Positions 18,460 to 27,506 of a stretch of 64,000 bases of DNA are shown here, one piece after another (position 1 is the stretch's first letter; each line of letters starts with the position of its first letter). Below the pieces are notes generated by a model. That model was not told where the DNA came from. It saw only the letters and a list, made by a program, of their open reading frames with translations, and ran no database searches. The DNA is from an uncultured Methanosarcinales archaeon (GTDB lineage Archaea; Nanobdellota; Nanobdellia; Woesearchaeales; ARS49): contig CAYHOF010000005.1 of the NCBI GenBank assembly GCA_964358315.1, positions 19,354-83,353 on the forward strand. Direction: 5' to 3'. The position numbers and the translations under genes are program-made.

Positions 18460-18545
18460 GTGTGCGCCAAATTCTTATATAAGATTAGTTGTTGCGCAGC
18501 ATCTATGTTGCGCTAGTGGGTTTTGGAGTTAGGGGGACGCGACCA

Positions 18546-19484
18546 ATGTCAGAACACATGTTGTACGTCAAGAAGTGCCCTGAGTGCGCCAGCATCAATC
18601 TTTTCATCAATCGCGACAAAGGCGAGATCATCTGCAAGGATTGCGGTATCGTCGTCGAGGACAAGATGGTCGAGTTCGACCAGGAATGGCGTGATTTCGA
18701 TTCTGATGGCGAAGCCGGCAACAGTGGACGCCGCACCGGCGCGCCCATGACCTACACACAGTTCGACCGCGGTCTCGGCACTGAGGTCGGCCAGAAGGCA
18801 GACCTTCTCGCGCTTGGCAGCAAGGACCGCAACAAGTTCTTCCGCCTCCGCAAATGGCAGTACCGCATCAGCACCGCCATCGAGCGCAACCTCAAACTCG
18901 CGCTCGCAGAGCTCAAGCGCGTCTCGTCCTTCCTCAAGCTGCCGCGCAGCGTCGAGGAAGAGGCGGCCATGATCTACACGCAGGCGGTCCAGCGCGGCCT
19001 CGTGCGCGGCAGGTCCATGGAGTCCGTCGTGTCCGGCGCGCTCTACGCAGCATGCAGGCGCCACGAAGTGCCCCGCACGCTCGACGAGCTCTCGGAAGCT
19101 TCCGGCATCGAGAAGAAGGAGATCGGACGCACCTACCGTTTCGTCACGCGCGAACTCGGCATCAAGATCCTGCCAAGCAATCCCGCTGACTACATCGCAC
19201 GCTTCGCTTCCAGCCTCAAGCTGGCCGCCGAGACGCAGAGTAAAGCTGTTGAGATCCTTGAGCGCGCGCAGAACAGCGAACTCACGAGCGGCCGCGGCCC
19301 CACAGGAATTGCAGCGGCTTCACTGTACGTGAGCGCGCTCATCCACGGCGAGAAGCGCACGCAGCGCGAAGTGGCTGATGTCGCAGGCGTGACCGAAGTC
19401 ACGATCAGAAACCGCTACAAGGAACTCCTTGAGAAGCTCAAGCTCGACAAGGAGATCAAGAAGCAGAAAAAGAAGAAGCGGTAG
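18546..19484 (+). CDS. tfb: transcription initiation factor IIB (TFB)
   Basis: N-terminal Zn ribbon CPECAS...CKDCG. Cyclin-fold repeats. C-terminus GVTEVTIRNRYKEL. An alternative upstream ATG exists at 18489. Confidence 0.9.
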   Translation: MSEHMLYVKKCPECASINLFINRDKGEIICKDCGIVVEDKMVEFDQEWRDFDSDGEAGNSGRRTGAPMTYTQFDRGLGTEVGQKADLLALGSKDRNKFFRLRKWQYRISTAIERNLKLALAELKRVSSFLKLPRSVEEEAAMIYTQAVQRGLVRGRSMESVVSGALYAACRRHEVPRTLDELSEASGIEKKEIGRTYRFVTRELGIKILPSNPADYIARFASSLKLAAETQSKAVEILERAQNSELTSGRGPTGIAAASLYVSALIHGEKRTQREVADVAGVTEVTIRNRYKELLEKLKLDKEIKKQKKKKR

Positions 19485-19498
19485 TCGAGCAGGGCTCC

Positions 19499-20296
19499 AT
19501 GACTGGTTTCGAGATGGGTCCAACGCTCGCATGGTACGAACGTGCGGGTGTTTCTCTGCCTTGCATCTCAAAACAGCCATTGCCATTTCCCATCGAGAAC
19601 ACACAGTGCATCCAACTTGATGCCAATGTGCTTGGTGGATTGTTCGACCTCTTCCCTGCATCTGCGAGGAAGAGATCCATTCTCAGAAAGGTTGTAGGCC
19701 AACCCACAACGTGGTTTCGCCATGACTCATTGGACGGCCAGATAACGACGACAACCAAGGTTGATGATGCGCTGACGCCCACATCATTTGTTCCTTCATA
19801 CTGCGACTACTCACCGTGGCGCGAACTCAAGCGTCCCACGGCAGATGTCTGGCTCTACAAGATGCCACAAACGGTGCCAGAACATCAACGCACAATCGTT
19901 CTCGCAGAAGGTTTTTTGCACGAGATCGGGCATACGCTCGCTCAACCCGCACTCTATGTCGATGATTACGCGCTTCGCTTGGGATCAAGCGGTCGTGTCG
20001 TGAATGGTCTGGAGTTCGTGATCGAATTTGCCAACCTTGCAGAAAAGCACCCGCCCATATCGCATTACGCGTCAGAATACAGATGGCAAAACAAGTTCGA
20101 GGGCCATCCGCGGCATGATCCCAAGACGTGCATAAGCGAAGAGCTCTGTGAGAGCATTGCCGCGTATTTTCTTGGTTTTTCCTATCGCGCTGATGATACA
20201 GAAAACCCGAATCCGTTCATCGAAAGGCCCGAAATCCAGCACTTTGTTGAAGAATTCCTGCTTGCAGAAAGGGTCGAGAGCACTAAGGACAGTTGA
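19499..20296 (+). CDS. hypothetical protein with HExxH (LHEIGHTLAQ) metallopeptidase-like motif
   Basis: HEIGH motif. No other recognisable family features. Confidence 0.4.
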   Translation: MTGFEMGPTLAWYERAGVSLPCISKQPLPFPIENTQCIQLDANVLGGLFDLFPASARKRSILRKVVGQPTTWFRHDSLDGQITTTTKVDDALTPTSFVPSYCDYSPWRELKRPTADVWLYKMPQTVPEHQRTIVLAEGFLHEIGHTLAQPALYVDDYALRLGSSGRVVNGLEFVIEFANLAEKHPPISHYASEYRWQNKFEGHPRHDPKTCISEELCESIAAYFLGFSYRADDTENPNPFIERPEIQHFVEEFLLAERVESTKDS

Positions 20297-20337
20297 TTCA
20301 CATTCTTTAAAAGAAGGGGTGGTGGCAACGACACCTC

Positions 20338-21186
20338 ATGGTCAAGGACACGCGCTACGCGCTCATCGCGGACATCCACGCGAACATCGTCGCGCTTGAC
20401 GCAGTCCTTGCGCAGATCGACAAGGAAGGCATCGATGAGATCGTCTGTCTTGGCGACATCGTGGGCTATGGGCCCCGTCCGCGCGAGTGCATCGAACGCG
20501 TGAAGCAACGTTGTGAGCACGTCATCGCAGGCAACCATGACCGCGTCGTGATGTCGCGCGACCACGACGCGTTGCAGTTGAGCCTGTTCGACCATCACAT
20601 CTCTCCTCGTTGGTACGAATCCTTCCGTTGGACACACAGGATGTTGTGCGACGACGATAGGGACTACTTGCGGTCGTTACCATTGCAACTCCTCTTCGAC
20701 CATTTTGTCGCAGCACACGCCAAACCAAACGCGGGCGGTTCGTTCGCCGCGAGGAAGCAACGCTTCAGCAAGTACTTGATGTCCGATGACGGTCAGCCGA
20801 CACCCCCGATGCTTGAGGTCCTTGCGTACGTGCAAGAACTTCAAGTAGCCAATACTGCCAGATGCATGACTGCGCCCTACGCCGCGGTCTTCGGCCACAC
20901 GCACAAGCCATACCTCCTTGACAACGGGACGTTCTTGGTGCAAGGGAAAAGGAAGAGAACGCTCTCGTTCATGAACTGTGACGACCATCCTGTGCTCGTC
21001 AACGTGCCCTCAGTGGGGCTTCCGCGCGATGGCGACAAGCGCGCGGGCTACGCCATCATCGACGGCACCGGCGTATCGCTGGTCAGGATACCGTACGACG
21101 TCAAGGCAGCCGTCAGGATGATGTTCACGACGCCAGGGTATGACGTGAACGAACGCATACTCAGCCACGTCAAGACTGGCGTGTGA
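20338..21186 (+). CDS. metallophosphoesterase (calcineurin-like)
   Basis: DIHAN, CLGDIVGYGP and GNHD motifs in order. Confidence 0.8.
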   Translation: MVKDTRYALIADIHANIVALDAVLAQIDKEGIDEIVCLGDIVGYGPRPRECIERVKQRCEHVIAGNHDRVVMSRDHDALQLSLFDHHISPRWYESFRWTHRMLCDDDRDYLRSLPLQLLFDHFVAAHAKPNAGGSFAARKQRFSKYLMSDDGQPTPPMLEVLAYVQELQVANTARCMTAPYAAVFGHTHKPYLLDNGTFLVQGKRKRTLSFMNCDDHPVLVNVPSVGLPRDGDKRAGYAIIDGTGVSLVRIPYDVKAAVRMMFTTPGYDVNERILSHVKTGV

Positions 21187-21553
21187 AGACGTGACGTTTT
21201 GATAAGAACTCGTTCACGCGACCCTTCTCGATCGCCACGCCTTCGTTCTCCAACAATTCGATTTTTTTCGTCACTTGCGCACCTGTCCGTGCGCCCATGA
21301 ACCCGCCGATCGATCCATCTGATGCGACGACGCGATGGCACGGGACGGCAGGAGCAACGGGCTTTTGGCCCGTGCGCACAAAACGCCCGGCGTTTTGTTG
21401 CGCGTACGGGTTCCTACGCAACGCTTGACCGATCGCACGAGGAGAATCGATGCCGAGCGCGTGCGCGAGATCGGCGTACGTTGTTATCTTGCCCATTGGA
21501 ACATCGCGCAGCTTCGCGTAGACGCGGTCCTGGAATGCGGTTGTGTCAGTCAT
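21170..21553 (-). CDS. ogt: methylated-DNA--protein-cysteine methyltransferase (C-terminal domain type)
   Basis: Active-site PCHRVV. Start taken at MTDTTAFQ (the ORF track's longer N-terminal extension is judged spurious). Confidence 0.8.
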   Translation of the reverse strand: MTDTTAFQDRVYAKLRDVPMGKITTYADLAHALGIDSPRAIGQALRRNPYAQQNAGRFVRTGQKPVAPAVPCHRVVASDGSIGGFMGARTGAQVTKKIELLENEGVAIEKGRVNEFLSKRHVFTRQS

Positions 21554-21732
21554 GTGCGAATTTCTTGGTCCGATGCGGCCCGCCGCGCTTGAAGAACTTT
21601 CCGCTCTTGCGTTTCTTGTGCGTCTTGCGCTGGTACGGGAGGCCTTCGTCCATGCGGTCAATACGCGTTTCGCATACTTAAACCATTGCTGAATCACAAG
21701 TATTATCAGGCACTGCTTTTTTCGAGCGACGT

Positions 21733-22134
21733 ATGCAACCTGACGTTCTCGTTGAGTATTGGTCGATGCTGCAGGGCATGGCACTGGCGTGCGCGAAGGT
21801 TGAGGGGTATAGCGCGAGGGTTTGGAAGGACACCGGAATAAAGACCCTTTCAGAAATGGTGCTTGGCCGTGATCATTGGCATCGTTATGACAAGATCATC
21901 GTCTGTCGTCCTTGGCTGCCGTTGGTGACTGACCGGGCGGTGATGACCATCGTCAATCGCATTCGGGATTCTGAGGTGAGGGTTGCGGTGGAGGAAGGGC
22001 GACTTGAGGGAGTGCGCTATGAACTCAGCGCTACCGTCCATGACATAAAGTATTGCGCTATCGCAAGAGACCATATAGACGCCTATGCCACGAAGTACGG
22101 TTTCAAGACGCTCATCGTTGAACCGAACAGGTAG
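21733..22134 (+). CDS. hypothetical protein
   Basis: ORF only. Confidence 0.35.
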   Translation: MQPDVLVEYWSMLQGMALACAKVEGYSARVWKDTGIKTLSEMVLGRDHWHRYDKIIVCRPWLPLVTDRAVMTIVNRIRDSEVRVAVEEGRLEGVRYELSATVHDIKYCAIARDHIDAYATKYGFKTLIVEPNR

Positions 22135-22183
22135 TGGCGGGAAATTGCAAAAGTTATTAAGGCAGGGAGTGTTATGCTCTTTC

Positions 22184-22705
22184 ATGAAATTAGGTGTACT
22201 TTCGGTTCTTGCGGTTCTCATGGTCGTCGCTGCGTGCGCGCCTCAAACGGCGCAACAGCAAGCACAACCCGCACCTGCCACAGTACAACCGACTGCCGCG
22301 TTGGCGCAAACGAGTGAGTCGATCATCGTGCCTGCAGGGTCGCGCGAGTGGAAAGCGGCTCCTGCATCGTTGCCGTCTGGCGCGTACATCATGGTCCTTG
22401 AAGGTAACCTGTCGAAGGCCGAGCCGTTCACGTTCCGCTTGAAAGTGCCGGTAGGGTACGTCATCGCGCCGCACACGCATCCTGCAGTCGAGCACGTGAC
22501 CATCCTTTCGGGTGCGTTGCGCTTCGGCGCAGGTGAGACGATCGACAAGGACGCGACCGTTCTTGCAGAAGGCAGCTTCGCGGCATTCCCGACCGGTCAT
22601 GCCATGTACGCGACCGCGCTCGAGGACAGCGTGTTCCAAGTGTATGGCGTGGGCCCCTGGGGCATCACGTACGTGAACCCTGCCGACGATCCACGGAAGA
22701 AGTAG
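22184..22705 (+). CDS. secreted cupin-domain protein
   Basis: Signal peptide or lipobox-like MKLGVLSVLAVLMVVAACAP. Cupin motifs HTHPAVEHVTILSGALRFGAGE. Confidence 0.6.
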   Translation: MKLGVLSVLAVLMVVAACAPQTAQQQAQPAPATVQPTAALAQTSESIIVPAGSREWKAAPASLPSGAYIMVLEGNLSKAEPFTFRLKVPVGYVIAPHTHPAVEHVTILSGALRFGAGETIDKDATVLAEGSFAAFPTGHAMYATALEDSVFQVYGVGPWGITYVNPADDPRKK

Positions 22706-22791
22706 AGACAGAATTCTTCAGCTAATTGAGGGTGTGGCAATGCTCTCTTGGCGTCCATAACGCTTTTAAGGTCACGTCCAGCGGCTGGACG

Positions 22792-24387
22792 ATGATGGAT
22801 ATTGTCCAATTCAAGAATTACGAGCCTCCCAAATACTGCATTGCGGTGGGGCCGCAACACAAGGGTAACGGGCACTACATCATCGGACAAAGTCCTGCGA
22901 TGGTTCAGTTGTTCCACCACATCAATATCCTGGCGCCTCTTCCTACTACCGTGCTCATCCGTGGTGAGACTGGAACGGGCAAAGAACTTGTTGCCAAGGC
23001 GTTGCATTACAATGCCGGAAGCCAACGGCCTTTCGTGCCGGTCAATTGCGCAGGCATCCCTGGAGAGCTGCTCGAGTCCATACTTTTCGGTCATAAAAAA
23101 GGGTCGTTCACGGGCGCGCACGCAGACAAACCAGGACTCGTCGAGGCGGCAGAGGGCGGAACGCTCTTTTTGGACGAAATCGGCGAGATGCCACCGTATT
23201 TGCAGTCGAAGATCCTGCGCATGGTGCAGGAACGCGAGATCACGCGTGTGGGTGACAACACCACGCTGCCTGTGAACACCCGCATCATCGCTGCGACCAA
23301 CCGCGACTTGGAGAAGGCGATAGTGGATGGCAAGTTCTTGCGCGACCTCTTCTATCGTATCAACACGTTCCCGCTGCATCTGCCCTCACTACAGGAGCGG
23401 CGGCAGGACATTCCGCTCATCGCGCAGCACTTGCTGGAGAAGTACAACGCGAAATACGCACCTGCAGGACTCCATATCGATTCGTTCACGCCATCTGCGC
23501 TGGAACAACTGTGCCGTCATGAATGGGCGGGGAACATCAGGCAGCTCGAGAACGTCATCGAGCGTGCGATGATCCTCAAACGCGAGGGCTGCATCGGGCC
23601 CGATCAGATAGTGTTCGACGACGCATCGCTCCTGAAGGCACAAGTCAATCCGCCCTACGGAGTGACGGTGGTCGGAACAATGCCCGATCTGCCGCAGCCA
23701 AAAGAACAGCTGCCATTGATCAGGACAGACGCGGCGCAGCGCATACCTGCTTCTCCGGCAGCTAGCGTCCAGGTCATTGAGAAGGGCATGCATCCTGTCG
23801 TGTCGGACCTCTGGTATGGCCGGGGAGTGCTGCCGATGATGCTCGCAAGCATATGCCAACTGCCGGGTAGCAAGTGCCGCAAAACGCTGTATACTGTGGC
23901 AGAGAGGAATCTTGTGTACTCGGTCAACGTGGGTAGCGACAAACACGCATCGAGGTGCATGTTCCTCACCACGTCGTCGTTGTCTGCAGTATACTCGATA
24001 TGGGACGACGTGGAAGGCTATCACCACCTTCATGATGAGATAGTTGGCGGACGGTTCAATGAAATTGTCCGAAAGCCATTCATGGTGTGTAGTTCCGCGT
24101 TGCTCGTAAAGACAGGGTTTTCGTTCGACAACGAGGAGTTCATAGACCAGAAGGTGAAGTCCACGAATGCATACCAAGCCCGCGGGATGCGAGCCGTTGG
24201 TTTTGTCTTGACTGAAGACCTGGCGCCCGAATTCGTCCACCCGCAGATGAAACAGTCCGTGCCGAAACTGATCGGGATGATTCATTACGCATACCAGCAA
24301 TTCACGTCATGGCGACCAGGACTGCCTGCTGAAGGCAAGGTGTTGCTTCCTGCGACTAGTGTGCCAACGTCAGCACTCTCAACCTAG
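22792..24387 (+). CDS. sigma-54-activator-type AAA+ ATPase (bEBP-like) lacking an obvious HTH
   Basis: LIRGETGTGKE Walker A. ESILFGHKKGSFTGA (GAFTGA-type loop). GGTLFLDEIGEM Walker B. RIIAATNRDL. FLRDLFYRINTF. The ~250-aa C-terminal half has no recognisable features. Confidence 0.7.
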   Translation: MMDIVQFKNYEPPKYCIAVGPQHKGNGHYIIGQSPAMVQLFHHINILAPLPTTVLIRGETGTGKELVAKALHYNAGSQRPFVPVNCAGIPGELLESILFGHKKGSFTGAHADKPGLVEAAEGGTLFLDEIGEMPPYLQSKILRMVQEREITRVGDNTTLPVNTRIIAATNRDLEKAIVDGKFLRDLFYRINTFPLHLPSLQERRQDIPLIAQHLLEKYNAKYAPAGLHIDSFTPSALEQLCRHEWAGNIRQLENVIERAMILKREGCIGPDQIVFDDASLLKAQVNPPYGVTVVGTMPDLPQPKEQLPLIRTDAAQRIPASPAASVQVIEKGMHPVVSDLWYGRGVLPMMLASICQLPGSKCRKTLYTVAERNLVYSVNVGSDKHASRCMFLTTSSLSAVYSIWDDVEGYHHLHDEIVGGRFNEIVRKPFMVCSSALLVKTGFSFDNEEFIDQKVKSTNAYQARGMRAVGFVLTEDLAPEFVHPQMKQSVPKLIGMIHYAYQQFTSWRPGLPAEGKVLLPATSVPTSALST

Positions 24388-24402
24388 AAACAACGGAGTT
24401 CG

Positions 24403-25347
24403 TTACGGAGACTCCTTGCCCAAGATGTCCTGGACTTCTTTACGTAGCTTGGTATACTCTCCTTCACTCGCATTGAAGCGCTGTCGCTCAGCTTCTTCTG
24501 CTTGTTGAATTGCGTTGAGGACTGCCGGCCGGTCTACATTCATTAATTTGTGTGCCTCGAGCCACAACGGCATCGATATGGATAGATTTGTGTTGATCTC
24601 ATCGACATAACTCTCGTTATAGTGCTGCGTCCGGGGCGTTCCTTGAGGTAGCTTCCAGTAGTCTTCAGGACCATCCGCGCCACTTCTTCTCAAGACCTCA
24701 TCCATCGTCGGTCCAGGTATGCCGAATCCGCCACCTCCCTGCCAGCGTTCGTGGATTTCGAAGCGCTCGGCCCGTGTCTGTTCTCGCACTGGCACGAGTT
24801 TGTTGACCTGTATCGTGAACATCAATGAGAAGTCATTCATTTCTTCAGATGTGAAAAAGGTTCCGTCACGCAGCATGTACTTCCAGCGGTGAGCATACGT
24901 GTCCCATGGACACACGTCATACTTTTCTGCCGCTTTGTTGAAACGTTTGAGTATGTGGTTGCGTAGTGGTGCACCTGGAGGGTGCTGAAGAAACCCGGTC
25001 ATTGACTCCGTGCTTAGTGCGGTAAGATAACTGCACAAGAGCGCACATGCGTCCCGCTTTTCCTGCGGAGAACCCAGCGAAAATATTCTGTCCGCTGCCA
25101 CGCCCAGATACCCGAACATGATCGGGGGACCGAAGCAGCCGATGCTGCTGGCGCCGTACGTGTTGCCATGGATGTATTCTTCGAGATAGTCCTCTGGCAC
25201 AGGCACTTTACCGCACACGTGTCCGGTCGTGAGCCCTTTCTCCTTCAATGTTTGGTCGATGATGTGTCCAAGATGCCTACCAATGCCATTCCAACTCACG
25301 TCCGGTATTCCTAGATACGCCTTGAACGACACATCAGGTTCACTCAT
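24403..25347 (-). CDS. hypothetical protein
   Basis: Long ORF with coding-like composition. No motifs recognised. Confidence 0.45.
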   Translation of the reverse strand: MSEPDVSFKAYLGIPDVSWNGIGRHLGHIIDQTLKEKGLTTGHVCGKVPVPEDYLEEYIHGNTYGASSIGCFGPPIMFGYLGVAADRIFSLGSPQEKRDACALLCSYLTALSTESMTGFLQHPPGAPLRNHILKRFNKAAEKYDVCPWDTYAHRWKYMLRDGTFFTSEEMNDFSLMFTIQVNKLVPVREQTRAERFEIHERWQGGGGFGIPGPTMDEVLRRSGADGPEDYWKLPQGTPRTQHYNESYVDEINTNLSISMPLWLEAHKLMNVDRPAVLNAIQQAEEAERQRFNASEGEYTKLRKEVQDILGKESP

Positions 25348-25432
25348 ATGACGCGAACGGGGGCATGGCAGCTTAAATCATTTATGCAACAAGGCGATAT
25401 TCAGAAACAACAGCTCTCTTTTGTGCAGTACC

Positions 25433-25648
25433 TTATCTCGTGATAGTCGCGTGCAATCCTTTGATGTGGACGTTGTCCAGCGTTTCAGGGAGCCTTTTAC
25501 GGACATCAAGCAGTTCTATGCCCAGAAGTTTTCCGTTCTTGTCAAGATCAAGCAGCGTGTTGGCATCGACCTCTTTTGTCCTTCCGAACTCGCCTTGCCG
25601 CAGCCGTATGTACATCGCATCCGCATCCTTATCGTACTCAATTTCCAT
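25433..25648 (-). CDS. DUF2283-family small protein
   Basis: MEIEYDKDADAMYIRL...GKLLGIELLD matches the DUF2283 pattern. Confidence 0.55.
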   Translation of the reverse strand: MEIEYDKDADAMYIRLRQGEFGRTKEVDANTLLDLDKNGKLLGIELLDVRKRLPETLDNVHIKGLHATITR

Positions 25649-25747
25649 CGTCAGCCCAGTAAAGGGTAATCACCTTTATATTGATTCTCTCAGACCAAAT
25701 CATGTGCTTTTGTGCTTCTTTACGGAATCACATATGCAAGACGATAT

Positions 25748-25894
25748 TCAGAAACAACAACTCTCTTTGTACCCGCACGTTTGGCAGATTGCTTTCTTGC
25801 TGCCTTTGAGCGCGTACATGTCGTTGCCGCACTCAGGGCAGGGCTGCACGTCGGCGTCAAGGTCAAGTGATTGTTTGACGATGTGCGGCTGCAT
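25748..25894 (-). CDS. small zinc-ribbon protein
   Basis: CPECGND...CQTCGYKE. Start taken at an internal Met to avoid overlap. Confidence 0.35.
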   Translation of the reverse strand: MQPHIVKQSLDLDADVQPCPECGNDMYALKGSKKAICQTCGYKESCCF

Positions 25895-25898
25895 TTTT

Positions 25899-26222
25899 TC
25901 AGGGCTTCTGAGGAGTAGGAGGTTCCACGAATTCTTTGAGCGTCTTGAGCCTCTCTTCAAGGGTGGCGATGTCCTCAAGCGCGCGATCCTTCTTGACAGG
26001 TTTAGGATGCCATGCTCCGCCGTCAGGGAGGCGGATCGGCAATGCCTGCACGCCTGCGGCAGTGCGGAAATAGACGAGGTTCTCTTCTCCCGCGACGAGC
26101 AGTTTGCCGCCTGCGGCGTGAAATTTCTCTTTTGTGATCACGATGCCGTATTCATTGTGGTTGATGAAACTAGCGTTGCGCGGAAATTCCACAAGAGTCC
26201 CTGGTGTGTAGGTGTCGGTCAT
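25899..26222 (-). CDS. hypothetical protein
   Basis: ORF only. Confidence 0.35.
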   Translation of the reverse strand: MTDTYTPGTLVEFPRNASFINHNEYGIVITKEKFHAAGGKLLVAGEENLVYFRTAAGVQALPIRLPDGGAWHPKPVKKDRALEDIATLEERLKTLKEFVEPPTPQKP

Positions 26223-26323
26223 GGTCGTTGTGTGTTTTATATTCTTTAACTTGATTTCGGTTCACCATCACTGATTTCTCTACTACCAAAATATTTTAAT
26301 ATGCATGCACAAGATTCAAACAC

Positions 26324-26731
26324 ATGAACGAAACCTTGACGGAAAGAAAACCTCGCGGGTATGATATTGGTGGAGTGCCTATGTTCTGCGTTCCAGTGCA
26401 GATTTTCCTACGGGCAGGACTCGAAGCCAAGTTCTTTTATGACACTCAAGGCAAAGATAAACGAGTCGATATTGTTGAGATTGGCAAAGAGCAACCACGT
26501 TTATGTCTTCCAGACAAGAGAATTCATATCGGGACGCGAAACGACCTATATGGTATTCTTGAGGAATACAACGCATATGGCTCGTTGGATGATCCGCATC
26601 TTGAATTCACCACGCTTGACGGCTTTTGTGTGCATGATTTGAGATGCAGTTCTATAGGGGACTTCAGGGTTTTTCCAGAGGACAAGGACTACCGTGCAAA
26701 AAGTCAGCCACTCTTGCCAGGGTTCGAATAA
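26324..26731 (+). CDS. hypothetical protein (AT-richer islet)
   Basis: ORF only. Confidence 0.35.
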   Translation: MNETLTERKPRGYDIGGVPMFCVPVQIFLRAGLEAKFFYDTQGKDKRVDIVEIGKEQPRLCLPDKRIHIGTRNDLYGILEEYNAYGSLDDPHLEFTTLDGFCVHDLRCSSIGDFRVFPEDKDYRAKSQPLLPGFE

Positions 26732-26788
26732 GTTCTCAACTATTTTTGAGATACCGGTTTTTATACAGTCGCACATCTCCCGCACGTC

Positions 26789-27505
26789 ATGGAGGGTAGT
26801 CATGAGCTTGAGCGACAGATCGTCCTGAAATTGATCCATGCGCCGCAGGCGAGCTTCAACGAACTGTGGGCCAAGCAGGGTGAGAGCAACACGTTCGCGT
26901 ACCACCTGCACGAGTTGGAGGAGCGTGGTGTCGTGGCAAAGAACGTGCAGGGCGCGTATCAGTTGACGGAGAAAGGCCGTCGGGACTCGGCGTTCATCGA
27001 GGGCGACACGGGATCGCGTGCGGAATTCCCGACGCTGAGCGACGTCATCCTCGTGCGCGACGGCGACAAGTGGCTCTGCCAGCGCCGTCTGAAACAACCG
27101 TTCTTCGGCTATTGGGGATTCGTGTCGGGCAAGATCAATTTCGGGCTCAACGTGTTCGAGTGCGCCACGCGCGACCTCGAGGAAGAAGCTGGCTTGCACG
27201 CGAGCGCGTGGGAGCTCAAGGCGATCGAGCAGGTCAAGACGTTCGAGGACGGCAAACTGTTGCATCATCATTTCTTGTTCCACGTCTACACAGAGAAGTT
27301 CTCTGGCACGTTCATATCCTCGACGCACAAGGCAGAGAACGCGTGGCTCACTCTCGACGAGTATAAAGCCAAGGAGACGTTCCCGAGCGAGAAGTTCTTC
27401 GAGCACATCATTCCGACGAAGAAACCGATCATGCTCGAGGCAGAGCGATTCATGGAGAACGGCAAATTCGTCGGGATGAAGACCGTCAGCGTCATGCATT
27501 TCTGA
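26789..27505 (+). CDS. Nudix hydrolase with N-terminal winged-helix domain
   Basis: Nudix box GKINFGLNVFECATRDLEEEAGL. The N-terminal wHTH-like region has the short Y..HL.ELE..G segment typical of ArsR/wHTH proteins. Confidence 0.75.
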   Translation: MEGSHELERQIVLKLIHAPQASFNELWAKQGESNTFAYHLHELEERGVVAKNVQGAYQLTEKGRRDSAFIEGDTGSRAEFPTLSDVILVRDGDKWLCQRRLKQPFFGYWGFVSGKINFGLNVFECATRDLEEEAGLHASAWELKAIEQVKTFEDGKLLHHHFLFHVYTEKFSGTFISSTHKAENAWLTLDEYKAKETFPSEKFFEHIIPTKKPIMLEAERFMENGKFVGMKTVSVMHF

Positions 27506-27506
27506 A

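Noticed and set aside
22597-24300. Minus-strand ORFs 22597..23379 and 23389..24300 opposite the bEBP-like gene
   Set aside because: The plus-strand product has every sigma-54-activator AAA+ motif. The minus frames are featureless.
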